From positions 89,468,001 to 89,532,000 of the forward strand of contig CM052816.1 of the NCBI GenBank assembly GCA_028534125.1: DNA of 64,000 bases. Direction: 5' to 3'. The first letter of the stretch is position 1; each line of letters begins with the position of its first letter. A program made the position numbers and the translations under genes. This document shows positions 11,073 to 25,030 of the stretch, piece by piece. Source of the DNA: Lama glama. Lineage: Eukaryota. A model generated the notes under the pieces. It did no database searches. It saw only the letters and a list, made by a program, of their open reading frames with translations, and was not told the DNA's origin.

Positions 11073-14000
11073 CATCCAACAAGAAGATACAGCTAATATA
11101 ATAAAATCTGATCTCAGAGTAGAACATGAACTTGTGAATGAAGAGCACAGACTATTAAACTGTCAAGCAATTCAGCGGGGGAAAGGGCGTCGGTTCTATG
11201 TGTTCAGAATGAAATACTGTGTATGACGTCCTCAGAGAGGGAAAGAAACATGTTTGAGTATTTCTAATGTGACAGAAACTATGGGTAACATTTTACAGAA
11301 TAACCATTAATTCTCATACAAACTCTATAGGGGGACTGTCCCTTATGTCTTTCTTACACATGATGTTTAAAACTGTAATGAAGTAGGCAACGTGGCACCT
11401 CGATAAAGGCTCTTCACAAGTCAGTGTGAATGGCCTTACCCAGCCTTATCTCTTAATATTGCTCTCAGGACACTCCACACCTACCTGCCATGGAATACTG
11501 CCTCTTCCTAAAGCCTGATAAGAGTTTGCACATCCTTAAATCAGCCCAGAATTCTCCACACTCACATTCCTTTTTTTTTAAAAGCCCTCTTGTAGGTTTC
11601 TCTGAACTCTGTTGCAGAGTTCACTAATCCTTGTTTCCTGTTACGTGGCACTTCCCCGTGCACTTCTGTGCTATATTTATTTCCATAGGTGCATATCTCC
11701 CTCTAAGTAAGATTGATGCTTGATTAGTCTCTGTAAGCTTAAATGCTTGGACAGGTGTCTCGCCCTGGAGAAAGGATTACTAAATGAATTTGTAAATGAG
11801 TTCAATTTCAATACTCTGTCAAACTCACATTGATGAAGGACCCTTGTTAAAGCCAGGCAAGTCAAATTCATAGTTAGGTAAAACTGCTTTAAAATATTGA
11901 TTCTAGGTATAAGATTATGTGGCCTGGTTCTTTCATGTGGTTTTTGCTCTGTGAAGAAAGAATGTTTAAAGAAAAGCATAAATCATAGATAAGTCCACCA
12001 AATTAAACCATAAACCATAATTAAGTTTTAAGTCATTTTACAAAATTACAGTGTACTCTTATTTTTTTTGTCATTTATTTCACACAATATGCATATACAC
12101 ATATTTCATTATAAGACAAGTGCAGTCATTTTATAGGGTGAGGAGACCGAAGTCCAAAGAGTTTTTAAAAAGGGAATGAGTGATAACGCTAAACTCAGCT
12201 GAATATAAACTTTATTATCACTTACAACAACAACCTGTCTACCTTTTTTCTATTAGATTCTACCACCACTATTTTTAAGACATATATTAGTATTATAATT
12301 TTTATTATGATAGAGTGAAAAAACTCAAGCTTTACACAGTAAGGGCTCAATAATTGTTTGATAATGGTACAAATAGTATCTCCCACATTCTGTCCCTCCT
12401 TTTCTACCTAAAAACTGATTTTAAAATTGACAAGTCCGTTATAATTGATTTTAGAAGTCAGTAGAAAATTGTCATGTTGATGAAGAGAGACAAATGTATT
12501 CTGAATTGTATTTTGATTGATATAGTGGTATTGTTGAAGCAACAGTTTATAGTGTAACAATGGTTTTACCCAACAAGGACGCAGAATAAATGTACACTCT
12601 CTGTGTGAACGCATCACAGCTAATGGGACGTACCTTTCTTCAGTCAGTAGCTGTCCATGCAGAATGACTGGAATGACTGACAGCTGTCAACCCTGCCACA
12701 CTGTAAGATGCTCTTAGTGTTTGGAAACCGAGTTAGTCCACACCTAGAACCTCACACTCTGATTTGTTTAAAAGAGATTTTATTTTTTGCTCATACAACA
12801 CTAAACATACTGCTGCCTTCGGAATGATTGGGTGTCACCATGACGAGAGTAGCCTACAGTAGAGCATTCTTTAATTTTCCCACAAGCATTGTAACTCATC
12901 AAATGGCTCGATATCTGGGGGAAACTTTGCAAACTGCTTGGAGGAAGAAACAATACATTATGAGGACTGGTGTTCATGAGGCACCATGAAATGTACAAAT
13001 CTATATGCAGTTCAATTTATATTAAAATCATATCCCGTCATCAGATAGATCCAGTAGTCTAATCGTTTCTCTTAAGTTTTTTTTGTTTTTGTTTTGTTTT
13101 GTTTTGTTACTGATCTAACTTTTTTCCCTCTTTACCTGTGAGAGCCGTGTTACATTCATACTGTGATTGATTGCAGTGTAAACATCTGGCACACAAAACT
13201 TTGGAAAACATTCTCTCACAGCATCTTTTACATTCTCTTTTTTCTTTCTTTCATTAGTTTATCCTGGCCTGACAAAGTGAGTCAGCTTGTTACATCGTAT
13301 ATCTTAATTTAAAGCTATCACTGTTATCTTAATTTAAGCTAAATAGGTTTGGAGTAAGCATTCGAGAGTTAGAGGGATCTAGACTGATAATTTGCTTTCC
13401 AAAGTCTTTACACTAGGGAGATGCAAGGTAAATAAAGGTCCAGGTGGAAGCAGGCTGCCGTCGGTGTCAGGGAGGCTACAGGGAGAATAGAGGCTGGATG
13501 GTACACATCCAACTAAGAGGACAGCGTCTGCTCAGTTCCAGATAATGCCTACATGGGCCCAGGACAGTATTAGGAAAGGGAGCTATGGGTGAAACTTTCA
13601 GGGAAAGAGACCAAATCAGCCCATCTATGGCTTGAATCGTTACTCAGAGGACACAAGGGATGCCCAGTTCTTCTTCAGAGAAAAACATCTCAAGGTGTAA
13701 ATTCCTCAATATTAATCCTTCTATTGAAAGGTATCTACTCTACTTCTTAAGATTCTTACTATTTCCTTCTCTGACTTCAGCTATGGTATAGTTAAGTTAT
13801 AGTTATTCCTTAATCTTTTTCCTCAGGTAGGTAGAAACTCACTAATGTCTATTATTCTATATAAAGAATATGCATATAAAATCAATATCTCACATGAAAG
13901 TTCATAACACAAACCTTCTATACCCTAGATGAGGGACTTGTAGTTTGAGAATTTCCTTGTAAATAACCTAGTTGGGGAAAGAAGAGGAACCCATGTCAAA

Positions 14001-14500
14001 TAATCACAGTAAAACAGCAGAAACTTGTTTAACAAAACTTCCCCGAAGAGCTTGAAATGATTGCAACATTTTAAGTGATCCAACAACTTTAGTCCACTGG
14101 TGACTAGATTTCATAAAGTGCAATGTAATATTAGGGGAATCAAGTCCTAAAAGTTCAATAGATGGCAGTATTTCCCATAATGCTAAGAATTAGAAAACTA
14201 ACACATTTGGGTAAATTTTAATGTTGGTGAGAAAGGAAGTATCACTGATGAAAATATTGACATTGATGTGATTTTGTTGATAGCAAAATATTTTAGAGGA
14301 AGGACCATTGTCTTTCATTTATTATTTACATTTTCATGAAAACAAATATAAATAGCATATAATATATTCAGCATTAATATTTTACTTGAAACAGGAATTA
14401 AAAGAAACAAACAAGCAAGCTTCTCCTTTGATCTATCAAAATGTGAAGTGCATGTTTTAATTACCAGTAAGTTGGAGTTTTTCTAGTATACTTTTAAAAA

Positions 14501-15000
14501 NNNNNNNNNNNNNNNNNNNNNNNNNNNNNNNNNNNNNNNNNNNNNNNNNNNNNNNNNNNNNNNNNNNNNNNNNNNNNNNNNNNNNNNNNNNNNNNNNNNN
14601 NNNNNNNNNNNNNNNNNNNNNNNNNNNNNNNNNNNNNNNNNNNNNNNNNNNNNNNNNNNNNNNNNNNNNNNNNNNNNNNNNNNNNNNNNNNNNNNNNNNN
14701 NNNNNNNNNNNNNNNNNNNNNNNNNNNNNNNNNNNNNNNNNNNNNNNNNNNNNNNNNNNNNNNNNNNNNNNNNNNNNNNNNNNNNNNNNNNNNNNNNNNN
14801 NNNNNNNNNNNNNNNNNNNNNNNNNNNNNNNNNNNNNNNNNNNNNNNNNNNNNNNNNNNNNNNNNNNNNNNNNNNNNNNNNNNNNNNNNNNNNNNNNNNN
14901 NNNNNNNNNNNNNNNNNNNNNNNNNNNNNNNNNNNNNNNNNNNNNNNNNNNNNNNNNNNNNNNNNNNNNNNNNNNNNNNNNNNNNNNNNNNNNNNNNNNN
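14501..15000. other. Assembly gap, exactly 500 N
   Basis: Run of N. Confidence 0.99.
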
Positions 15001-15170
15001 ACAGTTTTTTTATCCATTCATTTACTAAAGGAAATTTTGGTGGCTTCCAAGTTTGGGCCATGATGAATAAAGCTGCTATAAAAATCCATGTGTTGGTTTT
15101 TACATGGAGAGAAGTTTTCAGTTCCTTTAAGTAAAAACCAAGGAACGTGCTCACTGGCTGGTATGGTAGC
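15001..15170 (-). mobile_element. LINE-1 fragment abutting the gap
   Basis: tttatccattcatttactaaaggaaattttggtggcttccaagtttgggccatgatgaataaagctgctataaa. The minus-strand translation WIFIAALFIMAQTWKPPKFP resembles the L1 ORF2 C-terminus. Confidence 0.8.
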
Positions 15171-16201
15171 CTCTAGCCCAGAGGGAGGCAGGGATGCTTT
15201 TTGCCTTCAGCTTACAAACATGATTGTTGTCAGTTTTCAGTCCCTTGTCACACAGTCTACTCAGTAGAGCTTCAGTACAACCTGGTAGCTGGATTCCCCC
15301 AGGGGAGCAATCTGAGAGAAAGTGAGAAAGAGGACGCATGACAGTAGCCACGGTGCTTTTGTAACCTATAAAATTTGGATCTCATGTTCTTCCCATGTCA
15401 ATGAACTATATCAGGATAGATGGAGTCTTTAAAAATATAATAGATTCTGATACAAGCACGTGACTAAGGTCAGGGGATCACGTGTTTCACGGAATAAGGT
15501 ACTCAACCCATGAAATGTTCTGTTGGTAAGGGCTGTTGAACTAAAAATTAATATTTGATGTCAGCATCAGAAATGTTTATGGAAGAGAACTGGGAAAAAA
15601 AGTCTTTATTGAATAATGAATAAACAGCTACACACACACAAATACATACATACAGGTCAACTTTTTGTATCTATATATAATGCTTTAAAACATTCAATTG
15701 TACATTTAGAAGCAAATTGGAATACTCCATACACTTACCAGATGCACAAACTTAAAAAAAAATTATCATACCACAACTACCAAAATATTAGCTTAGGAAA
15801 ATTATTTTTATAGATGTTCCACATCTATAGTTACATATTTATATAGTCTAATTTATGTGTAACATTGAATCACCATTAATTTAATCTTGGTTGACACTTT
15901 TTAATAAAATCATCTTAATTCAAAGTTTCTGTCATTTATATAACTGTTTAAGGTTTGCTATAGAAAATAAATAGCTGCAATAGCTATGTTTCTAATTTGA
16001 AGATTAAACAACTGGTAACAACCAGTCAGTTATGCTTAATATCTATTTCATAAGTGCCTGTAGGGGAATGTAAATCTCTATGAAATGGATACAAAAATAA
16101 ATAGATGTATGGTCTAAATATGTTAATGTCTTTTTCTTGTAGTATTGTTATTTTATGATCATTAACATCATCAAATAAGTGTCATATGAAATATCTTTCA
16201 G

Positions 16202-16389
16202 AGCATTATCAACTGTATGTTCCTGAGTCAGCTCAAGTTGGTTCAGCTGTTGGGAAAATCAAGGCAAATGATGCAGACACTGGTTCGAATGCTGACATGA
16301 CATACTCCATCATTAACGGTGATGGTATTGGGATATTCTCCATCTCCACTGACAAAGAGACCAGAGAAGGGATCCTTTCATTAAAGAAG
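16202..16389 (+). CDS. CDH18: Cadherin-18 internal coding exon (188 nt, phase 1-0), N-terminal part of EC3
   Basis: Acceptor tttcag|AG and donor AAG|gtaaaa. The split codon A+AG gives Lys. Translates HYQLYVPESAQVGSAVGKIKANDADTGSNADMTYSIINGDGIGIFSISTDKETREGILSLKK, with PE and AxDxD motifs. Confidence 0.96.
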
Positions 16390-16984
16390 GTAAAAAGAAC
16401 ATTCTGTTAGTGATTTAGGTAATTCACTCATTTTTCCATGAATGGAAATTTGGCAGAGGTATGAATGGGTATATTGTCAGGTCATTAAAATGATAAAATG
16501 TTCTTCTTTGAAATATAATTACATTTTAATTATGGTTATGTCTAACTCTTTAAATCTTAAGTATATTTCAGTATGGTGGGAAGGTCGGATGTAGAATGCA
16601 CTATGAATGTGTCCCCTTATCTTTATTTTCAGATAACAGACTCATCACGAATGCCAGTGCTATTAATGTCATTACTCTGTATTGTACTAATCTAAGTAAC
16701 GCTAAGAGACTTTCTGTCTAATGTAAAAATCTTCACCATGTTGGCTAACAATCTTTAGGAGACATGGGTTCGCTTGAAGGTCATGGATCCTTGAGTGAAA
16801 CCATTAACCTTCTCCCTCAATTCTTTTTTTATTCCTAAGAATTTGTCATTGGACTAAATCTATTGCTTTTTTTTTGCTTTTTAAAGAACATAAGGTTCAC
16901 GACCTTGTAAAAATGAAGTGGAACACAGACAATTAGCAAAGAAGGATTTAATCGTAACTCCTAATGCAGTCTGTCTCAGTCTTA

Positions 16985-17150
16985 AAGTGTTTAACAATTT
17001 CAGCTTGGAAATATAGTAACATTCAGGTCCCTAGGCCTGACCTTCATTATAGTTTGATTCAGAAAGGCTGGAATGAAGCTGAGGAATTAGCCTTTTTAAC
17101 AAGTACTCCAGATGATTCTTCTGTATAATATGTTTAGAACACGGGCTGAG
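16985..17150. mobile_element. MER5-type hAT-Charlie relic
   Basis: tgattcagaaaggctggaatgaagctgaggaattagcctttttaacaagtactccagatgattct. Confidence 0.6.
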
Positions 17151-17188
17151 AAATTTTATTCCCATGTTCTACTGTAATATTGATGTGA

Positions 17189-17280
17189 ATCTATCTATCT
17201 ATCTATCTATCTATCTATTCTGTTTATTTATTTGTGTCTATATGTATTATCTATCATCTAGCTATCTATTTATCTATTTG
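17189..17280. repeat. (TATC)n tetranucleotide repeat with degenerate continuation
   Basis: atctatctatctatctatctatctatctat. Confidence 0.9.
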
Positions 17281-17569
17281 TGTGTTTTATATATACCTTT
17301 TTGTTTGCAGTATATAAAGTCTCATTAATGAAATAATCACAGTTTTATATTGGTTTAAAGTTGAGAGTGAATATATTTTTTGGCTGCGACAAAAGGGGGG
17401 TACAAAGTAGAACTTAAACTGTGTAAATACTTACAGAGAAATAGTCATCACTAGTCTGTGTGAAATATGGATGTCTTCATCTAAAATTTGTTTTTCATTT
17501 TAGTCTCTTTTCCCGTGAGATTGTCAAACCGGATCAAAAATGTGTTAATAAAAATAGTCAGTTTCTGTA

Positions 17570-18060
17570 TCTTTATTTAACAAACATGTCTGTTTTGAGT
17601 ACCTCTTCATGCTGATCGCTGTGCTCTAGTTTAAGCCAGGCAGGCAAGAACACAGCCAAAGTTAGTCTCTGTCTTCATAGAGCTTCCAACATGTGGAATT
17701 GGAGAGACACCAGTCAAATGTCACGTGCATTCTTACAGAGACAATAAAAACTGTTCTATGAAGGAGAGTTATACAGTGCTATCGGGAAAAAAAAAATCTA
17801 GGACATTTGGTCCTGTCTGATACTCAGGGATGATTGAACAGAGAACTGAAGGAAACCTAGGAGGTAACCAGTAAAGAATGTAAGGATGAACATTCTAGGA
17901 AGAGGGAAAAAACAAACAACAACAGGAATCTGAGTGGGGTGGAGCATGGCACATCAAGGATCCTTGATTCCGGAGCAAAGAGAGTGAGGAGCTAGTGGTT
18001 CAAGAACACAGAGGGCATTGTTCGATTTTACCCAGTGGAGAGCCATTGACAGTGTCGAAG
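17570..18060 (-). mobile_element. L2 LINE 3' fragment
   Basis: atttaacaaacat...gagtacct...gtctctgtcttcatagagcttc...cattctaggaagaggga. Confidence 0.55.
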
Positions 18061-18834
18061 CGGGACGCGACTAGGTCTTGTTTGATGGCAATATTTCTGA
18101 TTAATCATTGACGTAAACTACATGAGGACCAGACCATTTTAAGATGAAGTGAGGACTGCCTGCTTTTCATTCCTTGCATGGCTTCCTCTCTCAGGTAAAT
18201 TCCAGTGAACAGATGAATAATTCTTCCTGAAACATGAATCCTGAACCTAGGGAACAGCAGGGTTTAAGAAACAAGCAGAAAGTAGGAAAGAAATAGAGCC
18301 TGGGAAGAAAATTTCAAAAAATTGCAGAAACTTTTGTCACTGAAAATTCCCGAGGGAGGCTGTCCAGGAGGAAGATAGTCATTAAAAATGTGAAGTAGTC
18401 TAGAAATTTAAAACAAGCTTAGCATTATAAATATTAATCTGATTTGGCAAATGGGAGGGCAGGATGCTTGTCACCAGCCGTTTTCAGCTCAGTACAGCAT
18501 CAGTATCATGTCATCATCGTCACAAAAACGGTATGAATGGCGTCTAAGTTTGTTAAGTGGTTCCTCTTTGTCAGGATGGGTTTTTAAGCACTTTTTCCAG
18601 GTCTTTATTGAGCTAATCCACCTATTATCATTCCTTTAAATCTGGCTGGGACATCAGGATATAAGGAGAGTTATTACTCTCACTAATAAAACAGAAACTG
18701 CAATTCAGCTACAGAAACCGAATCACAGAGAGAAAAAGAACTGCACCCAGGTGGTAGTTCATTGACAGAAAATTGAACTCAGGAGTCTATCTCTTCCGAG
18801 TCTAAACAGTTACTCATTTTACAGATTTAGATGG

Positions 18835-18890
18835 AAATATATATATATACATACATATATATATATATATGTATGTATATATATATATTT
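18835..18890. repeat. (TA)n-based perfect 56-bp palindrome
   Basis: The sequence equals its own reverse complement (checked base by base). Confidence 0.92.
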
Positions 18891-21800
18891 AATTATTTGC
18901 TACAGTGCAGAGAGGAACAAATTTCATGTGGTGGTTGAGAAATGAGAAGCACGGACAAGGGAGAAAAAAATGAAAAAGAAACGTGCCATCCTCTTTGGGA
19001 AGCTTTGTAGTAAAGCGGGGAGGAAATTTTATAATGGAAATAAATGCAAACAAACATCACAAGATGAAGATTTTAATGTTGAGTGGGAGATTGAAAGTGT
19101 GTCTCTAAACAGGTGGATAGAAGGTCAATTGAAACAAGAAACTGAGGTTACTAAAGAGATGATAACTGATTTAAAAAGATGCACTGAGGTAGAGATGGCC
19201 CTGTATAGGCTTTGGATCACAGATGGGAAGAAAGAAGCTATGAGGATGCCTCCTTGTTTGCCAAAATCAAACACGAGGGAGAAACAGATGTCGACAAATA
19301 GGTTTGCAATGATCTAGCTGGAGTATGTGTATGTGTGAAGAGTGGTAAGGGGGTCCTTGCCTATGGACAAATATTGTCTTTATAAAGTAGGAAATTATAT
19401 CCTGTTTGCAAAAAATGAAAGTAGTGATGGATGGCGTGAATAGACACATAATTCAAAATACAAGGATAGATTGTGAGACAATAGGGATCTTACCACCCTG
19501 TATGGCCTCGATTAATTTGATGTCGTTTGTGAAAAAATGGAGACAAAATAGAACATGCACATAAGTGTGCACAAATATGTAATTAACATTCTCTATTCTA
19601 CATTACACACACCAAACACAAAAAGAGGAGGTATTTTCAAGATAAGTGTTTTGATTGTGTAAATGGTAGGATGATCTACTAGTGAGTTAGTGAGTTCAAA
19701 TCATCTTTCACCTTCTCCCCTGAATTTATTTTCTGACGTTGTCTACACTTCCTCCAAAATGCATTCATGTTTGCCTTTATCTAATTTCTTGATTCTATGA
19801 ATTGGAATAATCAGTCTCAGAGTTACCTCATTGCTATATATCTTATGTTACAAATAATTGCAATTTGAAAACTAAACTATGTAACTCTATGGATTTTAAC
19901 TTTTAAGAGGCATTCATTCAGATGGCAGGAAATAGATAAAACAGTCCTTTAAAACCTTATTTAATCTCTGAAGCAGCTCACTTTAGCCAGCAAGGCAGAA
20001 CAGCTAATCTTCCCAAAGATCAGAATTGGCATTGCTCTATAAATCAGCCTACAGGAGCATCTATACATCCCTGTCCATATCATGCCTTCATCAGAAAATT
20101 GCCAAGCTGAATTCACCCGTCCATGGTGTGGTACATTGTAAATACACTTTGATAACTTTCATTCATTGTTTAATGGAGCCTGACTGGGTAGAAGGGTGAA
20201 AAAGATAAGGATGAATGCAAGCTGATGCACTCTTTCTCCTGACAGAAACTTCTGGAGCTAGGGATGTGCTTCTTAGCTGTCTTTCTCAGGTTTTCTTCTT
20301 GTGGTCCCTGTGTTAAATTAGGTTCTTTATAGAAGCTGTTCTGCTATATATATATTTTTTATTTCAGAACTCCAACCCTATTTGCTCTCTTGACTTTCAG
20401 CAAATACTGTCTGGAGTATCACTTGTCTTTGTTAAGTGCATTTAATTGCAAATACAGTGACTGTTAGTTTAAGCCAGAAATCTTCAACTTGGTCTGCAAG
20501 GCAGTGAAGGATGGTGGAAAATCTGATCTTTACTGTCAGATGAAATATACATTTTGGTCTTGCCCTTTAAGAGATAGATGACATTATCTCAAGTCTGTTA
20601 ATCTTCACTTTTCTTATTTTAGCATGTTCCAAAGTGATAATTACAAATAGATAAAATAAGGTGGAAACAGGCTGTGGCTGGCTAACAATTGCAATAAGAT
20701 CTCAAAGTCTGCTTTTCTTCTTGTGTTCCTTTCTTCCTCTTTTTGCACCAAATTTTAATTGCACTTTCCAGACCACTCCATGTGGTTATTTTACTACCTC
20801 TTTTATTTCATGTTATCCTATCCACCTGTAAGCACACAAAAATTGACATATCCTGTGTAGATTATGTCACATGTGTATGCTGTCATTCACGTGTCTTGGT
20901 GAGCTACTTCCCCATCCATCTTCTGTAAGAGGAGATTTTTTTCAAAGTTCAATGTTGTCTTTGTAGTATAACATCTCTAGTTATGTTTCAGTCACACATA
21001 TCCTTCTTTGAATTATCTTTTCTTTTTACATATCAAGGAAGGCATTTTACTAATTTCTTACTGTGCAAAACATAGCAATTCCATATGCCTCTTAAATCTG
21101 CTAAATCTGATAGAGTAGAAAGAACTTTTCTAATTAATTCATATGAATGTAATGACAATATCCCTGAATGTCTATCTACGTGTGCTACAAGTCTATTCCT
21201 GTCCACAGTAGTTGTTAAACATTTTGCAACTGGGTACTTTGTATTTTTTTTTTAATTTTATACCATACAGTGTGTTAAAAGATCGTTATACCATCTTATT
21301 TAACACAGGATTAGAGATGGGTCATGAAAATAAACATAAAAAATTATAAAAAGTATTTTTTTAAGTTTAAATTAATCCTAAGAGAAAAACTATGAAAATG
21401 TTTTTCATTATAACCATACTAGGTCTATTCTAAATAACCACATTTTAAAATTTTTAGTAGATTACATTTATTGAATTTTTCTTATCATTTCTTTGGCATG
21501 ACATGCACTGAGCAACCAAGAATCAGGATGTTCTTTGCCATTATATTGTAAAGTTTTGGGGCTGTGAACCACAAAGTGCAATAAAAAATAAGGCATTCCA
21601 GCCAATTGCAAAAGCACACACAAGCAAGCACACGAGCACACTTTGTACATAAAAAGAAATAGGTTTCTAATTCTAATGAGTTATTTACAAAAACTAAACA
21701 TTCATTAGGGATTTTATTATTAAAAACCTCCACCAGGTTACTGTTTTTATTCTTGTAAGATCCTAGTATCTGGAAAGTGGTTCTCCTGCCCAGCCAGAAG

Positions 21801-23472
21801 CTGAAGAGGAGAAAGTCCAACTTTCAATTCAGTGAAGTCTATCACTGTATTTAGAACACCTCTGATGGAGAACTGCTTTGGGGAAACTTTTACTCTTACT
21901 CTTCATCTGTAGGTATGGCCATGGAGTGACAGATCTGTTGAAACTACTTTGAGCATTCATTAACAGTTTTTAACACATATTCCTACAGTGTAATATAATT
22001 GGAAATGAATGATCTGTTGAAACAACCTACTGAGTTAAGGTATCCACATCCATAAGTTATAGATACGTTTTCATAAGTGTGGGCATATTGAAATACCCAC
22101 ACATGTAATGCACATATATGTGCTAGTATATGAGTGTATATAAATAGAATAATAAGGAATAAATAAATATACTTTATATATTATATATGTACATTTGTTA
22201 TTTAAAATAAAACATTTCCATGTGTTTTCCCAGTCTTCCATTGACAGGAAGCAAATATGTAATATTTATTTGTATTGATAACCTCGGAATTATGCACATT
22301 AAATGGGTCATACATTCTTCTATATAGTGAATTTATAATATAAGGTACATACGTGTGTTCTAGTCTTCACAGAACGTCTACCATGCAGAAAACGCTTCTG
22401 ACAAGGACCACAAATCATAGCATAAGAAAACCTAGCTGAAGAAACAGTATTCAGATGCAAGCAATTGTTCTTATGTTGGGCAAGATATTATTTAAAATAG
22501 AAATTTTTCTCAGAAAACAAAAATTAATAATGTCAGTCACTATTTCAGGATTTGGCCATTTTTTGCATAATCGAAGTGACTTTTTTTTTTATCTATTAAA
22601 TAATGTTGCAACCAGTCCCATTATTTTCCCATTCCCACAGCTAACAATGTGGACAATGATACAAAATAGAAAATGGATCAAGGAGAGGTCCTGTGGAGTC
22701 TCTTCTTGTTATTTAGGAAGATAAAATTTTATGACCTTCTTGAACTCCAAGAAGAATTGAATCCTAGAGCAATCTGACTAAATACTGTTTTCAGTATCCA
22801 TCTATTTCTGACAGTTATCTGGTTCCAGCAAAGGAATATATTAGTATGATTTAATGAGTAGTACAAGTGATTAATGAGAAACAATTAAAAAATTCCAAAT
22901 ATGTAGAGCTGGCTAGAAAATGATTGATGGGAAAGATGATAACTTATCTACAATAATAAGAAATGTGTTAATATTAAAGAGAGAAAAGTATGGTTTTCTA
23001 AGTTAGGAAGAGCAATGATATGTAAAAGTAATTACTAAGAGTAATGGGATAAAATTAAGAAACTGAAACTTGAGATGAAGACTGGAGTCAGCTCACTGTC
23101 AGTGAGCTTCATGAGGACCTTGAGCAGTGACCAAACACAAGTAAGAGAAGCTTACCTGGGGTGGTTAAACTGACACCAGAATAAGAACTTGTAACAGAGA
23201 CAGAGGCTGTAGAGGACTTTGCATGAAAAACATCTTAGTTTCTTAGCTTTGTGAATCTGTGAGTTAAGGAAATTATAAGAGTTTTGGTAGCCAGAATTAA
23301 TGAAGTTATAATTCATGAAGTTGATAGTTCATTTTTAATGTCTTTATAAATGGAAAGATGCATGAATATACCCTGTAATAGTGAGGACATTTCATTCCAC
23401 TAAAAATCTGTTCACTATGAGTCGTCACATTGGAATGCTATATTACATTATTTATATGCTGATTAGATTTCA

Positions 23473-23700
23473 GGCAGAATGTCATAGTGCCTCAGGGCAC
23501 AGCTTCCGGAGGCCCACTGCCTGAGTTCAAATCCCAAGTATATCACTTACAAGCTGTTGCCCCTGAATAAGCTTCTTAACTTTTCTGTTCCTTAGTTTCT
23601 TCATTTGTAAATGGGAACAGTTACAAGTCACAGGAGTTGTGATTATCAAATGAGTTGATAAATGTTCATTGCTTAGTTCACACATAGGTGTTCATTTCAT
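23473..23700 (+). mobile_element. MIR SINE
   Basis: actgcctgagttcaaatcccaag...tcacttacaagctg...cttaacttttctgttccttagtttcttcatttgtaaatggg. Confidence 0.8.
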
Positions 23701-24339
23701 ATTTTAGAAATAACATAGCACTTTCCCTCCTTCAAATGTAAACCATGTAATAGCACTTTTCTGTTCTCTAAGCACAGCTTTATTTGAGATTGAAGAAGGA
23801 TTATTAATCACTCACTATGTACCAGGAATTATGCCAAGTACCTGAAATATGAAGATGAATTAGATAATATCCTTGCTCTTAGGGAAAACTGAATAGACAT
23901 GATACATTGTTATAATACAAGATGTCAAATGCTAATGGTATAGGTTTACTTAAATTGTTACGAGTTCACAGATAAAAGAGGGCCAATTTTTCAAAGATGG
24001 AGGAGGGTCAGGGGAAACTTTGCATGGGCGATTGCTTTTAAGCACGCATGGAGCAATACGTACCATAGACTAAGGAAAGTAAATATGAGTCAAATCCTTT
24101 ATATCCAACTGCGTTGACCTTCAAGTATGGAGATCATAGGCAAATAATTTGGAACATTAAAATGAGGGACTATTTCATTGGAGAATACACAATCTAACCA
24201 AAATAGTTGTGACATGAGTTACCTGAAATTTTCTGTTTCCCCTGAAAGGCATATTTATGGCCCACAGCTGCAAAGCATTTCTGAACACCAAGCCTAGAGT
24301 TTTATCCCACAGGTGGTTGAATGAGAATGCAAACTGGAT

Positions 24340-24548
24340 TCCCAACAGTGCTGGGGTAGCTTCTTCCCCAGGCATGCCAGGGCACCCGCGGAAGTTGGAA
24401 GAGGTGAGGAATAGATTACATTCCCCATAGGCCCTCAGCTCTGCCAAATTTCAGACTTGTCACCAGAAGTGCAAGAGAATACATTTCTGTTGTTTCAAGT
24501 CACCCAGTGTTTGGTAATTTGTTATGACAGCCCCTAGAAACTAATGCA
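24340..24548 (+). mobile_element. MLT1C/D-like MaLR LTR, 3' part
   Basis: ggaagttggaagagg...agaagtgcaagagaatacatttctgttgtttcaagtcacccagtgtttggtaatttgttatgacagcccctagaaactaatgca. Confidence 0.8.
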
Positions 24549-24897
24549 ATGGCATTAACACAAAAACCTAATAAACCAACACAAATCTCATTTATGAATA
24601 CCTGTGGAACCATTCCAAGCACCATCTCAGTAAAACAAAACACATAGCAAGTTGAATTATTCCAGAAATGCTTAGATGGTTCAATGTCAGAACAACAAAT
24701 ATCTTAAGCTGAATCATGAAATTACCTTTAGTGTATGTCATACATTGTTGATAACAGGAATTTCAAATGATTAAAGCTAACCTTTTTTTTTTGAAGTTGG
24801 AAGTTGCTAATAAATATCTCTGTTATATTGCTGTTGATTATATATTGTTCGTGTATTTGATTACCAACAATGATTGTCATGATTGTATCCTAGTTAG

Positions 24898-25030
24898 CAC
24901 TGCTAGGTAAAATACAGGACAACTAGTTAATTTTTCATTTCAGATAAATGATAGATTCCTAGTATAAGTATATCTCATGTTATAATTGACACATATGCTA
25001 TTAAAAACAATTTTAATTTACTAAATTTGA
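24898..25030. mobile_element. MER53-like hAT MITE fragment
   Basis: taaaatacaggacaactagttaatttttcatttcagataaa...tagtataagtatatc. Confidence 0.55.

Noticed and set aside
14457..15154. Long ORFs of 186 and 223 aa
   Set aside because: Artefacts of translating through the N gap
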